Part shown: positions 25,570-37,487 of the stretch, one piece after another
Position numbering within the stretch: position 1 is the stretch's first letter
Layout: every line of letters starts with the position of its first letter
Assembly (NCBI GenBank): GCA_002104905.1
Contig: MCFE01000165.1
Span: 83,015-147,014, forward strand
Reading direction: 5' to 3'
DNA: 64,000 bases
Origin: Basidiobolus meristosporus CBS 931.73
Lineage: Eukaryota > Fungi > Basidiobolomycota
The notes under the pieces: generated by a model
The model's database searches: none
The model's input: only the letters and a program-made list of their open reading frames with translations
Told to the model about the DNA's origin: nothing
Position numbers and translations under genes: made by a program

Positions 25570-28500
25570 ATGAGCTCCTACTATCAGAGTGAAACTAAGC
25601 TTGGTCAGCTAACTTCACAAAATCCCAGTGAAGAAAGCCTCTATCCTGTTCAACCCGTCACAACTTGGAGTATTTCGCAGGTAAGAGCCAGGAATTTCCT
25701 GTGTAGATCCACCATATGGAAAGAAATCTAACTTCTCTATTAAAGGAGAAGTCATTTTCCTCAAGACCTTATGATTCACATGGCCAATCCGGGTCCGGCC
25801 TCCTTCCTCACGATAAGCTAAGCCAACTGAAGCATAATTCTCACAGCTCTGCCTTCAGGGGATTCCCGCATTACTCTGAGGGTGCAAGCACTCGGTTCAA
25901 TGCTGATAGGCCCGGCGTTCTAGGATCCCAAAATTCAGGAGTAAACCTGAATGGACGTCGCATGAGTCTTCCCTTCGGAAATAGTAGGTCTCAGGATCAT
26001 CACCGCCTTTCCAGACTAGATACACACCTTCACCTCCCAGGTCTGGGTGATTTGCATTCACCTGAGCTAGCCCAACCGAAGCTTCCGAACTTCCTGTTGA
26101 GTGGAGACTATGATTCGCCAGATCTAGAGCATTCAATATATGCGGATTTCTTGAAAAGCACGACAAGCCGGCACCCATGGGAGAATATATCTTCTCCCTA
26201 TTCTCATTTGTCTCATATGAATACCTCCAGTCTGCATAAAGCAAGCGGAAGAACGCCTGGGCAACCTCACCAACAACAGTGGGGTATGAGTCACAGCCAT
26301 CAAATGAGTGCCGAATTGAATGGACGCTATATTTTCAACCCCGAGAACAATTCCCATACAATATCCGACAGCTTGTGGGATCCGAAGGGCTCCAATACTG
26401 AACTGAAGTACCAAGGTGAGTTGAACCTAGTCCGAATGTGTGGATAGACTTGCTAACCAGGCTCTTTGCTGATATGGTGTAGCAAACCAAATCCTCTCTT
26501 TGTTGCACTCCCAAGCACCACCGTATGACTTGAATCAAGAGCAGTATTCACATTCGGGTATGTTGGTTTGAAATCGCTAGAGCTCTTTATGCCCAAAGGC
26601 TTATTTTCTTGCGTATCTCTTTTATTCGTACCAACAGGCTATCCACTTAAACAGACTGGTCACGGTATTGTGAATCCCTTAGTATCCCATTTCGCAGTTT
26701 GGTCACTAATCCATGTACTTACCACAGATCAAAATCGGAAATTCCTCTTCGATAAATACTACTCCGAGGAAGTCCTGGCGGAAGGGTTGCAATTGGGAAC
26801 TGTTCTAAAAGGGATTTTAAGAATAAATAAACGAAATCGCTCGGATGCGTATGTCGTCACAGAGGAGCTCGATCAGGATGTGTACATTTGTGGCAATCGA
26901 TTGAGAAACCGTGGCTTAGAGGGTGATACAGTGGCCATTACTCTATTAGACCAGCAGCAGGTACAAAGAACTCGTCAGCAGCGTAACCGAGAGGCAGAAA
27001 GACGCGGTAGAAAGATCAAAGCCACCGACGAAGAGAATGATACCGAGCCAAAATACTATGGTCAGGTAGTCGCCATTTTGCAGCGCGGTGGAGGCAACGT
27101 ATATTCTGGGACATTAATGCTGAACCGGCCGAACTCGAAATGTCAGGACTCCGAACAGCCGAAAAACCCTTCGAAGGAGCTGGAAAAGCCGACCATGAAA
27201 AAACCTCGTATTGTGTGGTTCAAACCATCCGACAAAAGACTACCGTTGATGGTTCTTCCTATTGATGAAGCCCCGCCGAATTATATGGAGGACCATGTGG
27301 AGCATTCGAAACAAATATTTCTGGTTTCTATCAAGCGCTGGCCTCCTACCACTCTACATCCGTTTGCTACCCTAGTCGGAAAGCTCGGGAGCATCGGGGA
27401 TATCGAAGCCGAGACTGCCGCCATTCTGGCTGATAATGACATTACCACCGAAGACTTTGACGAAAGCGTACAAAACTGTCTTCCGGCCATGCCTTGGTCA
27501 ATCCCAGCGAGTGAATACCAATCGAGAAAAGATCTACGGGAAGATCGCATCTTCACCATCGATCCATCAACCGCCAAAGATCTGGATGATGCTGTGTCCT
27601 GCAAGCGACTTGAAGATGGAAACTTCCTGATTGGTACACACATTGCTGATGCCTCATACTTTGTACGTCCAGGAACACCGTTGGACCGAGAGGCTAGGAA
27701 AAGAGCCACTTCAGTTTATTTGATTCAGAAGGTAATACCTATGCTGCCGCCAGTGCTCTCTGAAGAGCTCTGCAGTTTGAACCCAGGAGTGGACAGACTA
27801 GCGTTTTCTGTGATGTGGAAGATGACACCAGATGCCAGGATCATTGACATGTGGTGTGGGAGAACAGTGATCAAATCGTGCGGAAAGCTTTCCTATGATG
27901 ATGCGCAGAATGTGATTGAGGGGAATAGTCTTGGCCAGGACGTTCAAGTCTTTGGTCAGTCTCGCGAAGAGGTGGAAAAAGATATCCGCACTTTCCACAA
28001 ACTTTCTCTTGCTCTTCGGAAGATGCGCTTTGACAACGGTGCCCTTTCCATCGACTCCATCAGATTGCAATTTGAGCTGGATCAAGGCTCTATTCCAACC
28101 TCGTGCTCGGTCTATAAACTCCAGGATAGCAATCGTCTTATTGAGGAATTTATGCTACTAGCAAACATAACCGTCGCACAACTGATCTCCTCGGCATATC
28201 CAGAGCAGGCGATCCTCCGTCGACACGCCCCGCCCATCGAAAAGAGGATGAACGAATTTGTCAAGTCGGCCAGAAGCCTGGGCTACGACATCGATCCTGA
28301 AAATTCTGGAACTTTGCAGCGGTCGCTGGCGGAGATCGAATCCCAGGAGGCTCAACAGATCCTGAAATTGATGTGCATCAAGCCGATGCAACGGGCCAAA
28401 TACTTTTGCACCGGCTTCATGGATGAGGAGGACTTCAAACATTTTGCATTGAACATACCTTTCTATACGCATTTCACCTCTCCGATTCGTCGGTACGCAG

Positions 28501-29374
28501 ACATCTTGGTTCATCGCACGTTGCAGCAGGCGCTCGTAGGGAACCCCCGATTCTTCTTGAGTAAAGAGGAGGTTCAAAAGGTTGCCATCCAATGCAATGT
28601 CAAGAAAGACCACGCGAAAGCAGCCCAGGAGATGAGCTCGCAGCTTTACCTTTCCTATCACTTGAATTCACTGTTGGCGAAGCAGGGGGAGATCGAATGC
28701 GAAGCGGTGGTGATTGATATTCATGAAAATTCATTCGATGTGTTGGTTCCGAGGTACGGTTTGGAGAAGCGAATTCACCTCGAGAAACTCCCCCTCCAAA
28801 ATGCCATCTTCCGGGCGGACGACGTAAAAACACTTGATCTAGTTTGGACCACGGGCCAGGAAGAGGTCTCTGGAAGAAAGGAAGCGGAAGAAACCGAGCT
28901 TACCGAGGACTACGAGGAGCTTTTAACCGATGACTCCGAAGGCTTGGATATGCAAAGCCTTCGGCTAAAAGACACCCGGCATGACTCCTGCCCTAGTTCA
29001 CCAAGATCATACTCCAACGGTAAGATACACAGAATGACCCTGAGCTTTTTGCCTGGCTAACCTTTATTCTCTTAGACTCCATGAGCGAGATCAACTCTCC
29101 CATCTCAGAGTCAAGCAAGACACGGTTTCCGAGCAATGACAGTGTAAGTAGCTACTCTTGCTCGCCCAAGAGCGTAGCACTCGAGGACCTGGACATATGC
29201 ACAAACAGTCTTGGACTGCTTGACCATATTGTGACCTCCAAGTGTGAGGCAGCCTCAAAAGGAGCCAATGTACAAACTCTTCGAGTCTTTGGTCACCTCC
29301 AGGTGTCCATCACAGTAGATATCACCAGATCCCCAGCAGTGATCGGGGTCATTGCCAAGAATCCGTACCACTAG
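25570..29374 (+). CDS. DIS3L2: Dis3L2/Ssd1-family RNase II/RNB exoribonuclease with long disordered N-terminus, 6 exons
   Basis: Cold-shock motif GILRINKRNRSDAYV, RNB active site FTIDPSTAKDLDDAVS, YTHFTSPIRRYADILVHR and C-terminal S1. Introns: 25681-25745, 26416-26482, 26558-26637, 26665-26727, 29020-29075. Confidence 0.88.
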
Positions 29375-29716
29375 GGGAGCTTGTCTATTTATTATTTCCG
29401 CCCCCATGGCAAACAACATACCCTTGTAGAGTAGTAGCCATTTTTTGATAACCGAATTCAATATCTCCGCCGACCACTCTTCCCACTCGCTACATAATGT
29501 AATAGAAGTACCGCTTCAAGAAAATAAACCACGGTATCGTTTGATTCCACCCATGGCTGATTTAAGCGCAATCCATAGCAATGGGGTTAAGTTACGCATC
29601 AGGATTATCCCATCAGTGGGACCCTGAATTGGATTCCCATCACGCTCATGTAGCTCGCTGCTGACCACTCTTGTACCCACTAGCAACCACACGCCGCACA
29701 ACGTAGATCTACCGGT

Positions 29717-31386
29717 ATGAGCTACACCTCAAGATCGGTGTCAAGTTCGCCGTCGCCTCAGATCAACCAAGACACCGCCCCTTCAGGTGAGTGCTTTGGA
29801 CCCCACGCAAGGGGACTGACCCAACCGTAAGATTGAGTGGCCAAGCAGCAGCAACAGCACACCTAACCCCACGGCTTGCTTTTCTAAAACGGGGAACGAA
29901 CAGTGACCCACCCAGGGAACCACGAAACGCCCAGCGAGCGAAAGCACCATGCGATACGGGAGCGTCTGACCAACCTAAAGAAAGAGTTTGTTTCCACTCG
30001 AAACGGGTACTCCCTCTCTATCCAATGCTTCTTTGACCGCCCCGTTCCTTCCCATACTCACCCTTGTTTCTTGTCCCCTACGGCCCATCCTACCCTCTCT
30101 TCCCTCCCCTCACCGCTGTCACGCTCTTCTTCTCTTTCGTCACCGTCTCTGTTTCCTCCCCTCCTCCCCTGTGGTTAACTAGGATTTTCGCGGAGCTGAT
30201 GTCAAGCTTAGAGAACGAGTTTCGACAAGTGTTTGAAGGTATGTTGGGTGAAAGTGGAAGGTGGAAAGGGAAGGGCGTGGAGTTTGGTGGGAAAAGGAGG
30301 CTCGGGCCCAGTGTTTAGGACGAAGTGAACAAAAAGAGGGCTGGAACGGCTAAACGGGTGTGAGAAACGCCTCCCACCCCACCGCCAAGGTACGCGGGAC
30401 CCGAGACTAACGTGGTTTCTGTTGGTTCGGTTGGGCCGGAACCGTAGGGGAGTTCGAAGAATACGCCGAGCAGATAGAGGACCTGGAGAAGATCTGCGAA
30501 GAGAAAATCCTCGCCGCTCAGCTCCACCGGGACCACCACTTGGACCAACTCGAGAAGGATTACGAGGCGGAGTTGGAGCGCGCCCAACAGGAGTATCTGG
30601 TAAGTGGGTTCCAGACTCGATTGGGATAATCCATATCCTCACGTTGCTTAACATGGATCCCTTCTTCACCCAACTTAACCTTGCCCTACTCACCATCCCT
30701 TGGCCTACACTTTCTCCTCCTCACCCTCACCCTCACCCTCCCTTGACTTTTCCTTCCCCCCCATGGCCTCCCCTCTCCAGAAAGAAAAGGAGTCCCTGAA
30801 GGAACGGATGCTCCTGCAAATCGAGGAGAAAAAGAAGAAACTGCGCGAGGACAAGGATCAGCTGGAGATCAATAACGGTTCGTATCGGGTCGGGTAGCCC
30901 TCTTGCGCCGGATTACTGACGGAGATTCGTGAACAGATATCGCCATTGAGGCCTCCGCCCGGGTCCACACCACGAGGAGGCACCGTAAGAGAGACGCTCA
31001 GCACCCGGAAGGGCGTACGAGCAAGAGACGTCACATGACGGATATCCTTTTCGTGATCGGTCGGCCGAGCTTGTGCTTGTGCTTGTTAAGTGCTAGTTGA
31101 CATGTTTCTTCCTTGACTTGATTCCCTCCCCTCTCCCACCCGACGTGATGATCCTTCAGCTTAAAGAGCAGGATATCTCCCAGGACGTTGCACTCATACA
31201 GAAGGTAAGTCACACTCGGACCCTCCCCTCCCTTCCCCCCCCCCACACCTGTCCTACCCAACACCCATTCATCCGGTCCACTCGTCCATGTAGCGTACCA
31301 CCGAGTCCCCGGAAGGGGATGCCGCATCCAGCCACGCTCATGGAGCGACCCATAGAAAATCCACCACCACCAAACACCGACGCTGA
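29717..31386 (+). CDS. Sds3/BRMS1-like subunit of the Sin3-Rpd3 HDAC complex, 7 exons
   Basis: Coiled-coil Sds3-like segments (RERLTNLKKEF, EKDYEAELERAQQEYL, LKERMLLQIEEKKKKLREDK, LKEQDISQDVALI). The model needs an AT-AC intron at 31042-31139. Confidence 0.8.
31042..31139 (+). other. U12-type AT-AC intron
   Basis: 5'SS ATATCCTTT, branch site TTCCTTGAC (31109-31117) and 3' CAC. Removing it restores the frame; read-through hits TGA. Confidence 0.85.
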
Positions 31387-32001
31387 ACCCCTACGACGAA
31401 TTGAAATTTTATATGTATACTGTGGACATTGTTGAATAAATAGGCGGAGAATCCCTAGATGCGGAGCAATGGATGGGTGGAGGGATCGGGTTGGGATGAA
31501 GTGGAGTGGAGTGGAGTGGAGTGGAACATGAGCGAAGGGAAGGGAAAGAAGATGGAAAGGGAAAGGGAAATGGAAGGGAAGTGGAGGTGGAGGTGGAGGT
31601 GAGATATGGGTGGAGTTAGCACTGAGGCTGACCGACATCACCACCACCAATTTTACCAAATCCGCCGAATCCCACCACAATCGCCACCTCTCCCCCAAGT
31701 GAAACCGAGCTCGAGCTAGAGCTAGAGTTCGAGGGTGGATTTTAATGAATTCCTTTATTGAACTCCATTAAATCCGATCCATCACACCCGTTTCGACCGC
31801 CATGACGAAATGACAGGCTCGCCTCGGAACGGGCCTAGACCGCGTCTAGATTCCGCGCAGCGATTCGATGCGAGGCGAGGAGGTCGCCGGCAGCAGTGCA
31901 GCGCCGGTCTGGCAAGGCGGAGCGAAGGTTATTTAAGGTTACGCTCGGCGTACAGCATTCCTTAGAATCCCCAATCACCCACCCACACCCACACACCCGT
32001 C

Positions 32002-32352
32002 ATGTCTTCCAAACGTATGCTGCTAACCCTGTTCGGCGCCAAGGGGTGCGACCTCTGCCACGAAGCCAAGAACACCCTGCTCAAAGTGCGGAGAATTGTA
32101 AGTACCTCACGTAGTTGTTGACCCCACGTACCCCACACCCCACACCCACTCACCCGGGATTCCCATTTCCTTACGCAGTACCCGTTCGAGTTCAAGGAGA
32201 TCGACATCAACCAGCCGGAGAACAAGAAGTGGGAGAAGTACACGTTCGACATCCCCGTGCTGCACCTGAACGGGGAGGAGATCATGATGCACTCGGTGGA
32301 CGAGAAGAAGCTGACGGACCAGCTGAAGAAGAAGATGTCCGAGCCCCAGTGA
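32002..32352 (+). CDS. Glutaredoxin-like protein (DUF836, YDR286C/C5orf63-like), 2 exons
   Basis: TLFGAKGCDLCHEAK and EIDINQPENKKWEKYTFDIPVLHLNG. Intron 32098-32178. Confidence 0.85.
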
Positions 32353-32720
32353 TACGCCACCGAGGTACCGGTCTCTTCCCCCATACCCCCCCCCCTTCGC
32401 TTCACCAGGACTTTTTGTATACTTGATTCTTTGTGACCTGTAATAAATGTCAATAGGCTTTTCGGATATGTGATACTTCATTGGGCTCCGTGGAACCATA
32501 CAAGAGAGATATGAGGGGGGGGGTCTTGGAGGGTGGAGCGGACGGTTCGTTGGCGGGAAATGGGAAGGAGAGGTGGGGGAAGGAAGGAAGGAATGAATGA
32601 ATGAGGGAGGGGGACCTTGGCTATCGCTATCTAATGACTATCTACACTGGGAATTCTGGAAAGTCCCGCGCTTGGATGACTTTTGGGAGGGTGGATGGGC
32701 TGGCTGGCCAATCCCCCGGC

Positions 32721-34138
32721 TCAGTTACAGCACCGGCCTCTCTCCATATCCAGCTCCTCGTCGTTCAGATAGATGCTGCCGTTCGATCGCTGCCGTTTAT
32801 CCCCGTCCAGATCGAATTCTTTTTCCACCAGTTGCCGGGCGATCTGTACGAAGATCTCGTCCACCCCTAGGGTACCATTACATGTTAGTCCACTTGCCTC
32901 AGTGGGAAGGTGGGGGTTTTATCACCTTCATCGTCCTTTGCGGAGACCTCATGAACGGTATACCCGGCACCTACGGTCCTGTCCACAAACTCCACCGCCT
33001 CATCCAGCGTGACTTCCCTCCGGGTGCTGGCCAGATCGAACTTACTACCCACTATGTGAATGACTACGAGGCGAATTAGCGACGCACGGAAGGGGAACCA
33101 CATGAAAACTCACTCAGATCCTCGGTCATGTTCTTCTGTAGCTCTGCCAGGGGAATGGGTCGGTTAGTACGTCGGCTACGACAAGGGGAAACTGAAGCGG
33201 GCTCACCCTTCAGCCAGACTTCTATCTCTTCGAAGCTTTTTCGATTCGTGATATCGTACACAATGATAGCGGCGTTGGCCTAGGAAAGCACCGGTTAGTC
33301 CCAGCGAGACGGGACGAACGAACCACTCGAGCTTACCCCTCTATAGTACATGGGCGCCTGGTTGGGGGGGGGGAGTTGGTTAGTACGGCAGGGGGAGGGA
33401 GGGTCGATGAATCGGCAGTGAGTCATGTGCACTTACCATGGAACGAAATCGCTCCTGCCCGGCGGTATCCCATATCTGTAGCCGGACCTTGAAGTTGTCC
33501 ACCACCCTACCGGACGATTAGAAATGCGCCTTGGTTATACTGGGATCATTGGCATATGACCCAACCGCCACCCTGCCCATTCGACGCTCTACCCTTTCTG
33601 TTTGGCTGATATCCCCACCTTGTTGGCTTGTATCTATCGTACTTGGCCCCAAACCTCCTCTGCTCCTCAAGCCAGGGGGCTTCGCTGAGCCACCCTCTCG
33701 CTATCAGGGGCAGCTGGGGCTGGCGAGCGGTACTCGAACACCGTAGGAAGGGTAGAGTGGTCGAAAGGAGGGACCGGGTGCGCACTTGGCCAGACAACCA
33801 TCCCCCCCCCACTAACAAGAAAACCCCGGACTACTTACAATTTTGTGGTCATGAAGGAGGCGCCTATGGTGGAAGAACAGTTGGGCGTGAAGGTCTTTTG
33901 AACGTAGCGCACCACAAGGGAAGTCTTCCCTACGGCTGGGGTAAGATGGAGTAAAGGCGCATCAGTAGGAGCAAGGGCACTCTACACAGCGCAGCCCCAC
34001 CCTCCTGCCCCGCTTCATCCCAGCGGAAGCACCCTAGATATTTCGTCTGGCACGGGGCTGAGGGTGTGGGTGAAGGGAAGTTAGGTTACCTTGACTTCCT
34101 AGAATGACCACTTTGGCCTCGAGCAGGTCGGTGTGCAT
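32721..34138 (-). CDS. Rab5-superfamily small GTPase (Rab21/RYL2/Ypt10-like), multi-exon
   Basis: LEAKVVILGSQAVGKTSLVVRYV, STIGASF, WDTAGQERFRSMAPMYYRG, VGSKFDL, EVSAK and a C-terminal CCN prenylation motif. Confidence 0.88.
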
Positions 34139-34636
34139 CGAACGAGAAGCTAACGGCGGGGGAGGAGAGGGAAACGTCTAGTTGGGTGTGCTGGCGGGGG
34201 AGGGCCCGTTCGGAAGAATAAGGGGAAGCGTAGGTTGGTTGGGCGGAAGAGAAAAGGGAAGTTCGCCTGGATAGACAGCAAAGAGGGAGGGTTCACAACA
34301 ACCCAGCATGTACAAAGAATCGCCTGAGTGTAACTCAAATCAAATCCACCAACATCAGCGCAGCAATAAGGGATTTGATTCATACTTGTACTAATTAATT
34401 GATTCATCATCGGTCAATGGAATCATTCCATGGTTTCACTTCCAAAAATGGCCGGCCCTCTTCACCTACACCCGTACCGCACTTGCGCACACACCCACCC
34501 ACGCCCGTAACCGCACCCTCTTCACCACCTTCCCCCCCCATACACCTGCTGTTTGCTAGATGCAGCACTAACAAGGGTTTTATTGTACAATGAACAGTCA
34601 GTTATTAGGGAGGCAATCGATCTAACAGGGGCTATG

Positions 34637-36950
34637 TCAGTCATTATTGGCGGAGAAAAACTTGGGCAGATTGGTTTGGGTTCGCTGAAAACCGGCCGCG
34701 CCCTGGGGAAGATCCTCGTAGATGAAGCTCGACTGGCTGGGGGGCGAGTGATGGCTGATGAACGCGGGCTTGGGCGAGAAGGTGGACACCGAGAGGTTGC
34801 CGCTGGACCTGGTGTCGGTGGTGTCATCGATCAGTACCTCCTGGCGTAGACCGGCCGACTCTCGAAGATTCGCCATGTACCGATCGTACGGGGACAGGCT
34901 CATCCCGTCCGACAAGGAGACGAACGAGGGGTTGTCGCTCTTCGGTCGGTATGCATCGTACGCACTCTCGGAGGAGAACGGCCGCTCCATCTTGGGGAGG
35001 GTCGGGCCGCTCATGACACTCGTGGAGCCGGAGATGTGGCTCGAGGCACCTCGCGGGCGGGACGGGAGGTGCGAAGTGGAGGTGATGACGGTGGCAGCCC
35101 CGCCGGAAGTCCTAGGTTTGGCACACCGGTGGATGAGAATCTCGACAAGACACATGATCGCCCGTACGGCCCAGAGGAGCTGGAAAAGCATGATCATAAA
35201 GACGCTGATCAGCCCGCACCAATCCTTGGCCTCGCTGCTTGCCTTGACCGCAGGCAGGTAGACGAAGAGAAGGGCCACCAGCACCACCCTGAACGCTTGG
35301 TAGATCCCCTCCCACACGTTCACACTGGTGCTGACATATGGATGCACCCCGAGGATGGCGTAGAACAACGCCACCTCGCGACACAGCACGAGGACCAGCT
35401 GCACCAGACCATTGCTCTGGCCGAACGCGACAATCGCGGCAAGTACGAGGTGGTCGCCGAACCGCACCCAGGCGTACCGATAGGAGTTCGGGGTGTAGTT
35501 GTTGTAGAGTGGCCCGAACATGAGTATGTAGAAGGCGTCGATGAAGATGGTGGACGATTGGGAGAACTTCGTCAGGTAGATCAAAGAGCCACCTATGATG
35601 GCGAAACTAACCACCACGACCAGTACGGCGGCGACCACGGTCAGCCAGATCGGATCGTGGATCATCAGCTGGTTGAAGGCGAAGAGGGTGAGCGGCAAGT
35701 GGAACAGGAGCAAGAAGCGTAAGATGTTCCCTACATGGGATGGAGCGGGTTAGACGAGGTGCAGCGAGGGTGAGGGGGTGAGGGGGTAAGGGGGACTGGC
35801 GTTACCTAGCGTGAAGGCGAACAGCTTCTTCTGCGAATAGGAGGACCCATCCGATCTCATCACCAGCACGGCCACCCCGATGATCAATCCACTAACCACC
35901 AACACCGCCAACAGAACAAACGCCATGAGGATGAGCAAGGAGACCAGAAGTCCACTGGGCTCAAGCCCCACGAAATGAGTGAAAAAGGTGATGCCGCGGT
36001 CTTCGATGGGCAGATGGGAGCTGGCCTGGGCTTTGATGGCCCCGCCGTTGGTGACCGAATCGCCCAGGATCCCCATGACGGAGTGCAGCCTGAATAGGAA
36101 CTGCTGATAGAACAGAGAGTAGTCCAGATTGAGCAGCCCGAGAACCACCAGGAACTGAAGGTGGTACACAAGATCGAAGAAGCTCGGGTACCGGAGGCTT
36201 TGGGCCTGTCGAGTCACCCCGAGGTTCGAGGTGTACGCGAAGATGTCCTGCACGTCCCCGAAGAAGTAGGCGAATGCCAAGGTGAGAATGGGTAGTGCCA
36301 AGGTGCACAGCATCACAATGGTGACGATATGGTTGTACGTCTCCTCCGTTTGACTAACCAGCACCGTGAAACATCCGTACTCTCCATTGTTTTCGTCGAT
36401 CAGAACCCCGGTCACATTGACGTCAACAAATGGGCTGTAGTTCGGAACACTCAGGACCTTTGGAGGAGGGAGGGGAAGCAATGAGTACGGTATGATATGC
36501 CAGTCAAACACAAACCGTCCCCCACCTTGTTCAGGGTCACGTTACCCGCACTGGTTGGACACTTGCCCAAAGACGCGCACAGGTCGGGGTCTACTACGGA
36601 GCTTCTGTAGTTCAGAGTCGACACGATGTACAGAGCGGTGGCAATCTTCCCTATAGAAGCAGTCAATAAACCACCTTCACAACCCAAACGCACGCAACGG
36701 TCCTACCTGGAGTTGACGTGGAGACGCCCACAAGGGAGTCCTTGGCTACACCGGTCACCTGGATATCGATGGACCGGCTGCCTATGTCGAATTTGGCGGT
36801 GCCATCTATGGGGTCCCAGGAATGGGCGGGGTTGCCGCAACGCAGAAACGGGGAATTGCTTAATACGCTTTGGCTAGATAGAAGCGCTATGAAGAGGGTG
36901 AAGAGGGTGGGGAGTGAAAAGCGGGTATATCGGGTTTTCGGGGGAACCAT
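34637..36950 (-). CDS. Fungal TRP-like (FLC/Pkd2 family) membrane protein with N-terminal ML-like domain
   Basis: Signal peptide, PSFFDLVYHLQFLVVLGLLNLDY motif, multiple TM helices, FYILMFGPLYNNY and a Ser-rich cytoplasmic tail. Confidence 0.8.
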
Positions 36951-37429
36951 ATAAGAAAGGGACTTGTTTGGGGGGGGGAATTATACAGATATAGCTCGAT
37001 GGGGTCTATTTAGGAGGGCAGTAAAGGAAACCTTTGAGGCATGCCGCCTAGGTGAGAATTAGATACAGTGTGGATGACGAAGAAGACAGCAACACGAAGA
37101 TCCACTCGACTATTTAAGAGGCATAGCCATTTAATCAGTATATCAAGCACAGCCAATCGCTTACTCTTGTTTGTGGAAAATGATCTGAGGCGTATTTTCG
37201 GTAGCACCGAATGCATCAGTTGGTATTGCTTTGGACTGGAAATTCGAATTTAAGCTATTGAAATGGTTGGCCAGGAATATTGCATAAATGGCGATTTCTA
37301 TTTTGATCATAATGAAGGCGGTGGCCAATACGGGGAGCAGAAATAAATACCCACTTCCAAAAATAGCAGGTGCGCATGGAAGTTACTTTTAGCTGAACAC
37401 TAATGCTGGGAGGGGGTGGCTTTGAACGG

Positions 37430-37480
37430 TGGTGTGGTGCGGTGGTGCGGTGCGGTGGTGCGGTGCGGTGGCGCGGTGGT
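37430..37480. repeat. Imperfect GGT/GGTGC microsatellite just downstream of the RAV1 stop
   Basis: GGTGGTGTGGTGCGGTGGTGCGGTGCGGTGG... Confidence 0.8.
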
Positions 37481-37487
37481 GACTTCC

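Noticed and set aside
31737-31776. Imperfect inverted repeat upstream of the glutaredoxin-like gene
   Set aside because: A single AT-rich imperfect hairpin with no second copy or other support.
30208-36308. Numerous overlapping antisense/alternative-frame ORFs in the GC-rich island and opposite the copia genes
   Set aside because: They are expected from high GC and codon bias opposite real exons, and they show no domain motifs.
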